A stretch of 32,000 bases of DNA, taken from contig NC_010546.1 in assembly GCF_000017845.1 (NCBI RefSeq), forward strand, positions 2,160,001-2,192,000, read 5' to 3'. Below are positions 9,594 to 19,930 of this stretch, in pieces. Position numbers and translations under genes: made by a program. The notes below the pieces were generated by a model, which was not told the DNA's origin, searched no databases, and was given only the letters and a program-made list of their open reading frames with translations. Each line of letters begins with the position of its first letter. Within the stretch, counting starts at the first letter, position 1. Origin of the DNA: Crocosphaera subtropica ATCC 51142 (GTDB taxonomy: Bacteria; Cyanobacteriota; Cyanobacteriia; Cyanobacteriales; Microcystaceae).

Positions 9594-11171
9594 TTAAAGT
9601 TTGACGGTATAAGCGTCTCGAATACCAGACACTTTAGTAATTTCGGTCAAGAGTCCTTCTGGTAAGGGATCGTCCAAACTGAGAGCCATGACTGCATCTC
9701 CCCGTACGATTTTGCGTCCCACTTGCATACTGGCAATGTTAACGTTAAAACTGCCTAACAGGGAACCAATTTTACCAATAATCCCCGGCATATCACGGTG
9801 AACGGTAAATAACATATAGTTACTGGGAGGTACATTAATGGGGAACCCATCCACATCGGTAATGCGAATTTCACCGTCACTTAACAACGCCCCAGTCACG
9901 GAATGTTCTCCTAACGATCCCTGTGCCGAAAGATGCAAAGACCCAGAATAGTCCCGAATGGAAGCGTCACGGGTTTCAATGATGCGGACACCCCGTTCTT
10001 TGGCTTCGATGGCTGCGTTGACGTAATTAACCCGTTCTCGCAAGGCTTGAGAGAGTAATCCTTTAATGGAAGCCACCACAATGGGTTGACCTTTGGTACT
10101 GGCCAATTCCCCTTGTAAGCGAACCGTTAAGCGTTCAATGCGTCCACCGGCTAATTGACCCACTAAATTACCCAAGGTTTCGGCTAATTGCAGATAGGGG
10201 CGCATTTTTTCCATGACATCCGGAGTCAGTCCTGGGATATTCACTGCAGAACGGGCCGGGAGTCCTAATAAAACATCCCTAATTTGTTCAGCCACATCGA
10301 CCGCTACATTGACCTGTGCTTCTGCGGTTGAAGCCCCTAAATGGGGGGTTAAAATGATGTTGTCATAGTTTCTGAGTTTAGATTCTCCGAGGGGTTCTTC
10401 TTCAAACACATCTAAAGCGGCCCCTGCTATTTTACCTTCGGCGATCGCTTCTGCTAGGGCATCTTCGTCAATAGTTCCCCCCCGCGCACAGTTAATAATG
10501 CGGGCTGTGGGCTTCATTTTCCCTAAAGCTTCTTTATTAATGAGGTGGGTGGTTTCGGGGGTTTTGGGGATGTGTAGGGTAATATAATCGGATTCAGCAA
10601 AAAGGAGATCGAGATCCACTAGGGTACACCCTAATTGATCGGCTCGTTCTTTAGAAATAAAGGGATCATAAGCTAATAATTTCATGCCCATAGACTTGGC
10701 CACGTTAGCCACATGGGACCCAATTTTTCCTAAACCGACAACCCCAAGGGTTTTCTTATAGATTTCTGCCCCAATAAAGCGTTTACGTTCCCATTTGTTA
10801 TTTTTAACGGATTGGTTGGCTTCGGGAATGTGGCGAGAGAGGGATAACATCATGGCCAGGGCGTGTTCGGCTGCAGCGATGGTATTTCCTTCTGGGGAAT
10901 TAACCACCACAATACCCTGACGAGTGGCGGCCGGCACATCAATGTTATCAACACCAACCCCTGCCCGTCCAATAATTTTCAGTTGGGTCCCGGCTGCAAT
11001 AATTTCTTTGGTGACACGGGTTCCTGAACGCAGCATCATGGCATCGTATTCAGGGATAATTTTTACTAATTCTTCCGGGGGTAATCCCGTTTTAACATCC
11101 ACCTGCGCCACTTGTGAGAGGATATCAATACCAACTTGGTCAATGGGGTCTGATACAAGAACTTTTGCCAT
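9594..11171 (-). CDS. serA: D-3-phosphoglycerate dehydrogenase
   Basis: 525 aa. NAD motif GVVGLGKIGSHVA. 2-hydroxyacid dehydrogenase catalytic region (NCARGG, DVF..EP, TPHLGAST). C-terminal ASB and ACT-type regulatory domains. Confidence 0.95.
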   Translation of the reverse strand: MAKVLVSDPIDQVGIDILSQVAQVDVKTGLPPEELVKIIPEYDAMMLRSGTRVTKEIIAAGTQLKIIGRAGVGVDNIDVPAATRQGIVVVNSPEGNTIAAAEHALAMMLSLSRHIPEANQSVKNNKWERKRFIGAEIYKKTLGVVGLGKIGSHVANVAKSMGMKLLAYDPFISKERADQLGCTLVDLDLLFAESDYITLHIPKTPETTHLINKEALGKMKPTARIINCARGGTIDEDALAEAIAEGKIAGAALDVFEEEPLGESKLRNYDNIILTPHLGASTAEAQVNVAVDVAEQIRDVLLGLPARSAVNIPGLTPDVMEKMRPYLQLAETLGNLVGQLAGGRIERLTVRLQGELASTKGQPIVVASIKGLLSQALRERVNYVNAAIEAKERGVRIIETRDASIRDYSGSLHLSAQGSLGEHSVTGALLSDGEIRITDVDGFPINVPPSNYMLFTVHRDMPGIIGKIGSLLGSFNVNIASMQVGRKIVRGDAVMALSLDDPLPEGLLTEITKVSGIRDAYTVKL

Positions 11172-11716
11172 AGTGATTCGTCTTGGTAGGGGTGATCGCT
11201 TTTATTCTTTGATCTCATGGTTGCAGTAGCTTATTGTAGCGGTCAATGTCCCCCTAAACCTTAAATCGTTAAGAAGTTTTCCAGTTTCCTGTTTTAGATA
11301 GCACCTAAAACAAAATTAGCCTTTTGCGATCGTAGCATTTCAAAAGGGTTTGTAAATTCAACACCCAAACCTTGACAAGCATTAGGGATTTTAATTTTTT
11401 TCTTTGAGTTAATTGGTCTTTCATGAGTTACCATCGTCATTTGATTTCCTAAAGCATGACAGACTAAATAATAGTCTCCCACACTTAAAAACTGATTAAT
11501 TGCAGCTTGTTGATAATCTTGACTCATTGCCCAATTACTGACGACGGGAAATTGAGATACTGTTTCGCTATCAAGTGATAAAAAGAAATTGTTTTTATAT
11601 AATTTTGCCCAAGTAGATAGATCGTCATTCCCATCAGTAAGCTCTTTATAAACTGCTTGCTCATCATTCTTTTGAATTAACCAATCCCAGAAAGCTGGAC
11701 AAAAATCAAATCCATA

Positions 11717-11836
<120 letters not shown>

Positions 11837-11882
11837 CTATTCTTTGCCTCAATAAAAACATTAGTATCTAACAAATATTGCA

Positions 11883-12998
11883 TTACCCCTCCGTTAAATT
11901 ATTGGCAATGTTATAGAAGGCTTCTGATTTCTTAATGCCTAACAATCGAAAAGCATCTCGAAATAAGGTTTTTCCTTCTAAGGTACTAGATACTAATGCT
12001 TGCAAAAATTGATAGCCCATTTTAGCATTTAGATTACGATAAAAATCTCCACCATCTTTTTTTTTCTTTTGTTTTCTTGATAGCTGAAAATCATCTAATT
12101 CTTGTTCATAAATATTTCTAAATTCTTGATAATCATAGACCTTTAAATCATAAAGGCGACGGGTAATTACTAATGAACTAACCTGATAAATTTTAGCAAG
12201 TCGTTTTAACTCATCTTCTAAAGGAACCAGTAATTCTGCGGCTACTTGATTACACCAAATCTCATGAGCATCTTGATTCCTAACATCAGCTATCTCAATA
12301 TTAGATATGCCTTCACTTCCTAACCAAATATGAGCTAATTCGTGGGCTAATGTAAAAATTTGTGCTGATTTTGTATCCTTACCATTAATAAAAATTAAAG
12401 GAGAAAAGCGATCAATTAAAACAAACCCACGAAACTCATCGGGGTCAAGAGAACGATAGGTATTATTGCCAACAATACCACTAATAATTACTAATATATT
12501 TAACTTTCTGACTTGTGCAATAAAAAATCGTCGTGTATCTTCTAAATTAGTCAGTTGTTGACGTTCCTCTAGACTAAAACTAACTACATCACGAATGTTT
12601 TGGGCGACCTCAGTTACACTATTCTCTATCGTTACACACCCAACAAATTCATTTTCATTAAAGCCATTATCTCTTAAATGTTGAGAATACCACTCTTGTA
12701 TTTGTTGACATAAATAAATTGTTTCTAATAGATTCTGACTCGGTTCATTAATGTTATTATTTTTGATCGTACGGAAGTCTGCAATAGGAAGTTTTTCAAC
12801 TGGTGGAGAAGGTAAAAATAACATTCCCAGAGGAACACGATTTTTTTGAGCAAATTTTTCTAGTTGCTTTAAGGTAGGTTGACTCTTTCCCTCCTTCCAT
12901 TCTGGGAGTTTAGGAAATGCACTCAGCAAAGTCTCATCGTCAAGTCCGCCTCGACGACAAGCCCATTCTAATAGTGTTGCTTTGACTTCAACCTTCAT
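11883..12998 (-). CDS. HTH (XRE-like) plus ImmA/IrrE-family zinc metallopeptidase (COG2856/DUF955-type)
   Basis: 371 aa. N-terminal HTH-like PTLKQLEKFAQKNRVPLGMLF. HEXXH motif HELAH (H219-H223, nt 12344-12330) in the context FTLAHELAHIWLG. Confidence 0.85.
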   Translation of the reverse strand: MKVEVKATLLEWACRRGGLDDETLLSAFPKLPEWKEGKSQPTLKQLEKFAQKNRVPLGMLFLPSPPVEKLPIADFRTIKNNNINEPSQNLLETIYLCQQIQEWYSQHLRDNGFNENEFVGCVTIENSVTEVAQNIRDVVSFSLEERQQLTNLEDTRRFFIAQVRKLNILVIISGIVGNNTYRSLDPDEFRGFVLIDRFSPLIFINGKDTKSAQIFTLAHELAHIWLGSEGISNIEIADVRNQDAHEIWCNQVAAELLVPLEDELKRLAKIYQVSSLVITRRLYDLKVYDYQEFRNIYEQELDDFQLSRKQKKKKDGGDFYRNLNAKMGYQFLQALVSSTLEGKTLFRDAFRLLGIKKSEAFYNIANNLTEG

Positions 12999-13081
12999 CT
13001 CTTAATGATTATCAGCTTCGAGATTAAATCTTTTGTTCTAATTAGTTATATCATATCTACACTATAATAAGCAATTCTAAA

Positions 13082-14542
13082 CTATTTTCTTAAACAATTA
13101 TCACAATGTCCACAGTTAAAGTTTTTGGCTTCTTTGATAAATCCAAAAGCGTTTAAGATATATTGCCAACGACAAGCACGAGTCATTAAATATTGTTTCA
13201 TTTGTTGTGATTCTTGTTGAGATTTTTTACTTATTTGACTTATATTTAAGTCTGATAAATTAGAGGTTAATTCATAATTAAACGGATCTATCCATTTTAG
13301 CTTTTTCCAACGATATAATAAGGATAAAATTATTTCAATTTTAGGTATTTCTTCTTTAAGATTAATAAGATTTCCTTGTTGGGGTATCTGTTTAAAATAA
13401 TGTTTTGCTTGTTGATAGTTTTTCTGTAATTGTTGCAGGAAATATTGATTTCTTTTTTGATCACTGGGATCAAGCCATCCTGTCGGTTCACTAATTAAAG
13501 TGAGGGTTTTTGCTAACTTTCCATCTCTTCCCCCTCGTCCAATTTCTTGTAAGTATTCCGATAATAAAAAGGGTGTTTGATAATGAATAATCCAACGGAC
13601 ATCAGGTTTATTAATTCCTAAACCAAAAGCTGAAGTACAAACCACAAATTGTAATTGATCTTCTAACCATTTATCCTCAATTTCTCGTCTTTGTATAGGA
13701 CTTAAACCAGCATGATAAGCAGCTACTTTATAATTTAATTCTTGTAACCATTGACTTAATTTTTCACTATCTTTACGAGAACGAATATAGACTAAACCAC
13801 TTTGTTTTTGTTGCTGTTTAATAAAGTTGAGAAGTTGATGATGACGACAGCGAGGAGTCCAGGCAATTTTGATAGCTAAATTGAGATTTTTTCGGTAGGG
13901 ACTAATGGAAAAAATTTGGGGATTTTTTAACTGTAAACTGTTTTTGATAATGTTTTGTGATTTTGGGTCTGCTGTGGCTGTAAAGGCTGCGATCGCTATT
14001 TTTTGATTAGTGGGTTTATTCTTCAATAATGCGTCTCTAACTGCACCTAAACGACTATAACTAGGGCGAAACGTTTCCCCCCATTGAACTAAACAATGGG
14101 CTTCGTCTAAAATTAGTCCATTAATCTCAATATGGGGTTTAATTAATAAGTTCCAAACGGGAAGACTTAATAAGGTTTCGGGGGAAAGATATAATAATCT
14201 AAGTTGTTGTTTATTAATCTTATTTAAGGTCTGTTTTCGTTGCTGTCTAGGGATTTCATTATGTAATAAGTCTACAGCTAATTGTTTATTTTTTAAGTCA
14301 TTGACTTGATTTTCCATCAAAGCAACTAAGGGAGAAATAACAAGGGTTAATCCTTTTTTTAGTAAAGCAGGAAGTTGAAAACAGATAGATTTTCCCCCAC
14401 CGGTTGGCATAATAATTAAAGCATCTTGTGCTTTTAATAAACAGTGTATAACCTCTTTTTGTGGAGGTCTAAATTCTTTGTAACCCCATATTGTTTCAAA
14501 GGTATGATAAATATTAATCCATTTTTGATTATCATAATCCAT
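13082..14542 (-). CDS. recQ: RecQ-family ATP-dependent DNA helicase (short form, no HRDC)
   Basis: 486 aa. Motif I MPTGGGKSICFQLPA, DEAH box LDEAHC, then TATA, GINKPDVRWIIHY and QEIGRGGRDG. C-terminal Zn-type motif CGHCDNC. Confidence 0.9.
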   Translation of the reverse strand: MDYDNQKWINIYHTFETIWGYKEFRPPQKEVIHCLLKAQDALIIMPTGGGKSICFQLPALLKKGLTLVISPLVALMENQVNDLKNKQLAVDLLHNEIPRQQRKQTLNKINKQQLRLLYLSPETLLSLPVWNLLIKPHIEINGLILDEAHCLVQWGETFRPSYSRLGAVRDALLKNKPTNQKIAIAAFTATADPKSQNIIKNSLQLKNPQIFSISPYRKNLNLAIKIAWTPRCRHHQLLNFIKQQQKQSGLVYIRSRKDSEKLSQWLQELNYKVAAYHAGLSPIQRREIEDKWLEDQLQFVVCTSAFGLGINKPDVRWIIHYQTPFLLSEYLQEIGRGGRDGKLAKTLTLISEPTGWLDPSDQKRNQYFLQQLQKNYQQAKHYFKQIPQQGNLINLKEEIPKIEIILSLLYRWKKLKWIDPFNYELTSNLSDLNISQISKKSQQESQQMKQYLMTRACRWQYILNAFGFIKEAKNFNCGHCDNCLRK

Positions 14543-14661
14543 GATTTCGTCATTAATAATTATTCATTTTAGCTTTCCTGGAAAAAAGATATAGCGTTCT
14601 TCACTTTCATAATGATATAATAGTCTTTGAAAGAAAATCTGTTCCAAGATTGACAAAAACC

Positions 14662-14847
14662 ATGAGCGAATTAAAATTTGGAGAAAGTCCCCGTTGGACT
14701 CAAGAAGCACAACGAAAACTTAAAAATATTCCCTTTTTTGTTAGAACTCAAGCCCGTCAAAGAATTGAAGAATTAGCTAGAGCAACAGACTCAGAAGAGG
14801 TTACCGTAGAAATGGTAGAACAAGCCCGCTTAGAATTTGGTCAATAA
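14662..14847 (+). CDS. PCP-reductase-domain mini-protein (resembles the ChlB/BchB C-terminal domain)
   Basis: About 61 aa from the ATG at 14662; the ORF track starts at a TTG at 14650. The sequence [29 protein letters not shown] resembles the protochlorophyllide reductase 57 kDa C-terminal domain family. Confidence 0.6.
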   Translation: MSELKFGESPRWTQEAQRKLKNIPFFVRTQARQRIEELARATDSEEVTVEMVEQARLEFGQ

Positions 14848-14956
14848 GATGAGTGAGCAGTTACCAGTTACCAATGATTAAAAACTGATAAAACGTTAAC
14901 TGATAACTGCTTTAAAAACATTGTATTACCCCATTAGTTTATCTCATCATTAACGG

Positions 14957-16627
14957 TTAGGATTCTCGTTCAAAAAAGGCAAAGGCAAAAGGTCCCATTT
15001 CAATCATTCTTTGACCATTACCTAAATTGGTGGTAGGAAAGTCGTGACTTTCAGAACTAACAATGGGTTTACCGTAACGGAAAGAAACAAAATAAGAGCG
15101 ACTGTGTTCACTGAGATTAAAGACACACAGTAACTCTTGTAAAGGAGTGCGACGTAGAAAAGCTAATATGTCTTCACTCGCTTCTACTAATTCGATCGCT
15201 CCATATTTTAATGCCGGTTGTCGGTTACGCCATTTGACAAACCAACGGAAAAAATTGAGTAAAGAGTCAGGATCATGTTCTTGTTTAGCAACAGACAATA
15301 ATTCAAAACTTTCGTCAATTCCTAACCAAGTTTCATCACTCTCACTAAAACCAAAATTCTTTTGATCCGGTTCCCAAGGCATGGGGGTACGACAACCATC
15401 CCTTCCCGAAAAATACGGATAGAAATAAATTCCGTAAGGATCTTTCATTTTCTCAAGGGAAATGGAACTTTCGGTTAAGCCTAATTCTTCTCCTTGGTAA
15501 AAACACACTAATCCCCGTAAACTAGGCAATAAGGCGATCAAGATTCTTTCGAGATGGGGGGTTAAAGATTGATCATTCGGGGCCCATCGTGACTTAGCGC
15601 GGGGAAAATCATGATTACTGGTGGTTAGACAGATCATTTCCCTTTCATCGGCTTCAAGATGCAAAGATAAATCTTCAATGAGATCAGCCACTAATCTCGG
15701 CGTTAGCTTTTTATTAACTAAGAGGGAACAATTATAAGCGGTGTGTAATCGGCGATCGCCACGAATGTATTCCACCGTTTGTCGCATGGGTTCGCTCGTT
15801 ACAACGATTTCCCCCATAGACATGGTACCAGGATATTTTTCGAGGGTTTTACGAATCCGTCGCAGAGAGCGAATATTCTCCACTTGATCCATATTATGGA
15901 GGTGAATATACTGGGCGTAAGGATTCATGGGAGATACCCCGTCAAGTTCTGGCATTCCCTCGGTACGTCGGGGATTATCCACTAGATTCTGGTCGTGCAT
16001 ATAATAGTTACAGGCATCTAAGCGAAAGCCATCCACACCTTTTTCTAGCCAAAATTCCCCCACCTTCATGATCTCTCGTACTACATCGGGGTTATGCCAA
16101 TTGAGATCGGGCTGGGTTTCGAGGAAGTTGTGAAAATAGTATTGTTTGCGATCGGGATGCCATTTCCAGGCGGTTCCTCCGAAAATAGACAGCCAATCAT
16201 TGGGTTTTCTACCGTTTTTGCCGTCTGACCATACATACCAATCTGCTTTAGGGTTATCTCGGCTTGAAGAACTTTCGATAAACCAAGGATGAATACTAGC
16301 CGTATGACTCCACACTTGATCAATAATAACTTTTAAGTTACGGGCGTGGGCTTCTTCAATCAAGGCTTCAAAATCGTCTATGTTTCCAAAACGGGGATCA
16401 ACTGCATAAAAATCAGAGACATCATACCCAAAATCTTCCATAGGAGATTGGAAAAAAGGGGTGATCCAGATAGCATCAATGGGTAAGGAGGCTAAGTAGT
16501 CTAACTTTTCAATAATACCCCTCAAATCGCCGATTCCGTCTCCATTACTATCGTAAAAACTGCGGATATAAATTTCGTAAATGACGCATCCATACCACCA
16601 AGGATATTCTGGTTGTACGCTTACCAT
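14957..16627 (-). CDS. GH13 alpha-glucosidase / oligo-1,6-glucosidase-like glycoside hydrolase
   Basis: 556 aa. GH13 regions present: DGIGDLRGIIEKLDYL, VIIDQVWSHT, GVDGFRLDA, MGEI and NHDFPR. Exact substrate not inferable. Confidence 0.85.
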   Translation of the reverse strand: MVSVQPEYPWWYGCVIYEIYIRSFYDSNGDGIGDLRGIIEKLDYLASLPIDAIWITPFFQSPMEDFGYDVSDFYAVDPRFGNIDDFEALIEEAHARNLKVIIDQVWSHTASIHPWFIESSSSRDNPKADWYVWSDGKNGRKPNDWLSIFGGTAWKWHPDRKQYYFHNFLETQPDLNWHNPDVVREIMKVGEFWLEKGVDGFRLDACNYYMHDQNLVDNPRRTEGMPELDGVSPMNPYAQYIHLHNMDQVENIRSLRRIRKTLEKYPGTMSMGEIVVTSEPMRQTVEYIRGDRRLHTAYNCSLLVNKKLTPRLVADLIEDLSLHLEADEREMICLTTSNHDFPRAKSRWAPNDQSLTPHLERILIALLPSLRGLVCFYQGEELGLTESSISLEKMKDPYGIYFYPYFSGRDGCRTPMPWEPDQKNFGFSESDETWLGIDESFELLSVAKQEHDPDSLLNFFRWFVKWRNRQPALKYGAIELVEASEDILAFLRRTPLQELLCVFNLSEHSRSYFVSFRYGKPIVSSESHDFPTTNLGNGQRMIEMGPFAFAFFERES

Positions 16628-16722
16628 AAACTAGAGTAACTCCTAGAACCAATATCATAATTTTACTAACAAAGAGTGACCCCTGAAAACTTTTTTATCA
16701 ATCAACAAGACTTAATTCTTAA

Positions 16723-17484
16723 TTATTTTTCTAAAATTAATTCGTATTCGTAGAGGGCAACGGGACGATTAATGGCTTTAAAATAGTCAGGATCTTCAGG
16801 GGATAAATAAATAGCGGTGACCTGTTTAGCCTTCACTTTCTTAGGATTAATAAATTGATAATCTGTAGTGGTTTCTACTTCATTGAGATAAATACTAGAG
16901 GGTCTTTGAAAGAGTTGTTGGGTGATTTCTGTGGTTAAAAATTCTTGAGGATTGGGCTTTTCTTGACCTCGACCGGTTACCGTAGCAATGAGTTGATTAT
17001 TGTCGGCTAAAAAGGTAATTTGACGATTAGGATTATCAGGAGTCACTTTAACTGAAAGCACTTGTTTCTCCCCTAGATAAGCTTTAGCAATATTTTCTCC
17101 GTTGAAAGGGCGATCGGCAACAATTAGATTTTTTTGAGAGGACAAAGAGGAGAGAGACAGGATACTTGGATTTGATAGGTTTTGTGGTTTAAAGCGGACT
17201 TTAAAGGTAAAGGGTTGATTTAAGTATTTTTTGTTTTTTTCAAAGCCTGGAGTCACGATTTCTGGGGCTAGAGGGGCTTTTTGTTCCCTTAATATACTGG
17301 TTACTGTCCAGGTTCCCTCCATCCATTTAGGATAAAATAAATCCCTGTCTGGTTGACTGATATTAGGTTTACTGTTCCAGTTAGGATAAACAGTGAATCT
17401 ATCAGCTATTTCTGCAGCTTGACTGATGTGAGGATAAACTAGAATTAAGAGTAAATTGAGAAGTAAAAGTACAACAAGTTTCAT
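16723..17484 (-). CDS. Secreted hypothetical protein
   Basis: 253 aa with a clear N-terminal signal peptide MKLVVLLLLNLLLILVYPHISQA. Begins 22 nt after the TRAP SBP gene on the same strand. Family not recognised with confidence. Confidence 0.5.
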   Translation of the reverse strand: MKLVVLLLLNLLLILVYPHISQAAEIADRFTVYPNWNSKPNISQPDRDLFYPKWMEGTWTVTSILREQKAPLAPEIVTPGFEKNKKYLNQPFTFKVRFKPQNLSNPSILSLSSLSSQKNLIVADRPFNGENIAKAYLGEKQVLSVKVTPDNPNRQITFLADNNQLIATVTGRGQEKPNPQEFLTTEITQQLFQRPSSIYLNEVETTTDYQFINPKKVKAKQVTAIYLSPEDPDYFKAINRPVALYEYELILEK

Positions 17485-17506
17485 TTTGTTCAGTTATCAG
17501 TTAATT

Positions 17507-18607
17507 TTACTTAAATACAAAATTAGTGTAACTGAGTTCATTAATTTTATTCCATTGGATAATTTCTTGTCTAAATTTATTCCAAGATTCATATACTTCT
17601 TTAAACGTAGCATCTTGACTGGCATTTTCTTCGTATAAATCAAAGGCAATGGTCTGGGCTGCGGTTAAAATTTCATCAGAATAAGGAATTAATTGAGTGC
17701 CTCCTTGCAGTAAAGATTGCAAAGCAACTCGATTTTGAGCATCGTATTGACTTAACATATTTAAGTTAGCTTCCATCGCTGCTGCTTGTAAAATAGCTTG
17801 ATATTCTTGGGGCAATTGATCCCAGGCGTTTCTATTAATTTGTAAGTCTAAAGTTGCTCCAGGTTCCCACCAACCCGGATAATAGTAATAATTCGCTGCT
17901 TTATTTAAGCCTAATTTTTCATCATCATAAGGGCCGACCCATTCGGCGGCATCAATAGCCCCAGTATCCAACGCCAGAAAAACCTCCCCTCCAGGTAATA
18001 CTTGCACATTGACCCCTAAGCGACTCATCACCTCACCTCCCAAGCCAGGAATCCGCATTTTTAAGCCTTTGAGGTCATTAACGGAGTTTACCTGCCGTTT
18101 GAACCATCCTCCCATCTGCGCGCCGGTATTTCCCGCCGGAAAGTTGATCACGTTAAAATCTGCATAGAGTTTGTGCATGGTTTCGAGGCCACCACCATGA
18201 TAAAACCAAGCGTTTTGTTGTTGGGCTGTTAAACCGAAAGGCATGGCGGTTCCGAAGCCTAAGGCCGGATTTTTCCCTACGTAATAATAACTTGGAGAGT
18301 GGCCACATTCGACGGTTCCCTGTTGGACTGCGTCTAACACTTCTAACCCTGGTACGATCTCTCCTGCAGCATAAGGGGTAATGGTGAACTTTCCGCCAGA
18401 CATGGCTTTAACGCGATCGCAAACGGTTTGGGCCCCACCAAAAATGGTATCGAGGGACTTGGGCCAACTGGTTTGCATTTTCCAGCGAAGGTTAGGTAAA
18501 CTCGAACCGCCTCCGTTTCCTTCTACGGACTGGCTTTGACACGAACCAAGAACGGTGGCGGTAGTTGCCCCTAATGCTGCATTACTGAGAAAGTGACGAC
18601 GTTTCAT
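17507..18607 (-). CDS. TRAP-transporter solute-binding protein (DctP-type), Tat signal and possible lipobox
   Basis: 366 aa. Twin-arginine leader [23 protein letters not shown] with an LGSC lipobox-like site. The body resembles DctP-family periplasmic binding proteins. No dctQ/dctM in the window. Confidence 0.8.
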   Translation of the reverse strand: MKRRHFLSNAALGATTATVLGSCQSQSVEGNGGGSSLPNLRWKMQTSWPKSLDTIFGGAQTVCDRVKAMSGGKFTITPYAAGEIVPGLEVLDAVQQGTVECGHSPSYYYVGKNPALGFGTAMPFGLTAQQQNAWFYHGGGLETMHKLYADFNVINFPAGNTGAQMGGWFKRQVNSVNDLKGLKMRIPGLGGEVMSRLGVNVQVLPGGEVFLALDTGAIDAAEWVGPYDDEKLGLNKAANYYYYPGWWEPGATLDLQINRNAWDQLPQEYQAILQAAAMEANLNMLSQYDAQNRVALQSLLQGGTQLIPYSDEILTAAQTIAFDLYEENASQDATFKEVYESWNKFRQEIIQWNKINELSYTNFVFK

Positions 18608-18758
18608 CGTTTACATGAGAAATTTTAGGTCATGTATCAAAATAGCAGATTCTAGGAGCAGGAGACAGGAGGGTTAATGGTCGTTAACATAACATCTATT
18701 CGTGATCAAAGCTACTTTAGAATTAAGATCAATGAAACTTTAAACTCCTATTCAAGTT

Positions 18759-19028
18759 ATGACTTTAACTTTAAATCTTACCCCTGAAATTGAACAATGT
18801 CTCAGACAAAAAGCCGCAGAATTAGGATTATCCATAGAAGATTATACTTTAAAATTACTCGCTGATCTGGTTTTCAAGTCAGAAAAATCTCTTAATTTAT
18901 CAGATTCAAGACTGAAAGCTTGTGATCTAGTGACTGCCCTTGATCAAAGATTCTCTCATATCGATAATATTGAATTACCCGAAATTTCTAGAGATGCAAT
19001 GCGAGATATTCCAACGTTTACAGAATGA
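18759..19028 (+). CDS. vapB: VapB/FitA-like antitoxin
   Basis: 89 aa. Its stop overlaps the PIN toxin start (ATGA). The N-terminal LTPEIEQCLRQKAAELGLSIEDY looks like a ribbon-helix-helix-type antitoxin. Confidence 0.6.
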   Translation: MTLTLNLTPEIEQCLRQKAAELGLSIEDYTLKLLADLVFKSEKSLNLSDSRLKACDLVTALDQRFSHIDNIELPEISRDAMRDIPTFTE

Positions 19029-19450
19029 TTATTTTAGACACTAACGTATTATCTGAATTGATGAAACGTAATGGTTCAGAAAAAGTCCGAACTTGGGCTT
19101 CTCAATATCCTATAATAACTTTATGGACAACGACTATTACTCAAGCTGAAATTTTGTATGGGATAGCCCTTCTTCCTGAAGGAAAACGTCATGATGATTT
19201 ACAAAAAGCAGCTGAATTAATGTTTTTAGAAGAGTTTGCAGGACGGGTTTTATCCTTTGATGAAAAAGCAGCAATTGCTTTTGCTGAGATCGCTTTTCAA
19301 AGAAGACGTAACGGTAAACCAATTTCTCAAGCAGATGCTCAAATTGCAGCGATTTGTCGTGCTAATAAAGCTACTATTGCTACTCGTAATGTAGCAGATT
19401 TTGAAGACTGTGGTATTGAGATTATTAATCCTTGGAAATGGGAAAATTAG
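19025..19450 (+). CDS. vapC: PIN-domain toxin VapC/FitB-like
   Basis: 141 aa. MIILDTNVLSELMK carries the first PIN acidic residue. Conserved acidic positions later in the protein, and RNVADFE near the C-terminus. Confidence 0.85.
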   Translation: MIILDTNVLSELMKRNGSEKVRTWASQYPIITLWTTTITQAEILYGIALLPEGKRHDDLQKAAELMFLEEFAGRVLSFDEKAAIAFAEIAFQRRRNGKPISQADAQIAAICRANKATIATRNVADFEDCGIEIINPWKWEN

Positions 19451-19483
19451 TCTTATTATACAACAGCAAAAAGCAATGATCAA

Positions 19484-19514
19484 GACGAAAGAGCCAATAT
19501 TTGCACCTTTCGTC
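19484..19514. terminator. Hairpin gacgaaag-N15-ctttcgtc between convergent genes
   Basis: 8-bp perfect stem read directly. Lies between the vapC stop (19450) and the stop of the 83-aa minus-strand ORF (19546). No strong U-tract. Confidence 0.35.
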
Positions 19515-19545
19515 GGATTATAAATAAAAATAAGTTGTCAGTTTG

Positions 19546-19797
19546 TTAACTCTTCCAATGTTCTTTAATTGCTTTGATTAAAGATAAGGTTGGATGTTCG
19601 ACACTGGTGTAAGATACCCACTTTAACCACGCATTAACAGCAGAAGGGAGTCTTTCAGGATAGTCTTTTGCAACTGTCTGTAATTGTTGATTTTGAATAT
19701 TTACCCCCTGTTGTTGTAATTCTGAAGATCGAGGGAAAGCAAAAATAAGTTCATCGGAACTACTATAAGGAACAATCTCATTAATACCGACAGTCAT
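19546..19797 (-). CDS. Hypothetical protein (83 aa)
   Basis: ATG preceded by AGGAG. No recognisable family. It is in frame with the upstream 31-codon ORF, separated only by TAG-GAG. Confidence 0.35.
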   Translation of the reverse strand: MTVGINEIVPYSSSDELIFAFPRSSELQQQGVNIQNQQLQTVAKDYPERLPSAVNAWLKWVSYTSVEHPTLSLIKAIKEHWKS

Positions 19798-19800
19798 CTC

Positions 19801-19896
19801 CTATTTTTCCGCTAAGGAACGAATTGATTCGAGGATTTCTAAAGCATGGGGATGTTGCATGGCCATAGCAGCCACATCTAGAGGGTTTTGGGACAT
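19801..19896 (-). CDS. Possible 31-aa ORF (MSQNPLDVAAMAMQHPHALEILESIRSLAEK)
   Basis: Found by manual translation; it is below the ORF-track length cutoff. It ends with a TAG that is in frame with the 83-aa ORF. Confidence 0.2.
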   Translation of the reverse strand: MSQNPLDVAAMAMQHPHALEILESIRSLAEK

Positions 19897-19930
19897 TTTG
19901 ATATTCCTCAAAATTTGTACTTTTACAATA

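Noticed and set aside
10924-11229. 101-aa + strand ORF
   Set aside because: It is antisense to the 5' end of serA.
11294-11527. 77-aa ORF as an independent gene
   Set aside because: It is the C-terminal part of the DUF4411 gene. The frame continues upstream without a stop until the MITE insertion.
13082-14542. RecQ-like helicase as a PsyrT/RqlH-type toxin of a TA or defence pair
   Set aside because: No adjacent PsyrA/RqlI-like partner is present, and all standard RecQ motifs and the Zn motif are there. A housekeeping recQ remains the simplest call, so this is only noted as part of the AT-rich block finding.
15147-16323. Three short ORFs (15147-15365 +, 15779-15985 +, 16081-16323 -)
   Set aside because: All lie inside the GH13 gene, antisense or out of frame, with no motif support.
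17456-17638. 60-aa + strand ORF
   Set aside because: It is an AT-rich shadow spanning the junction of two minus-strand genes.
19137-19483. Two minus-strand ORFs (61 and 77 aa)
   Set aside because: They are antisense shadows of vapC.
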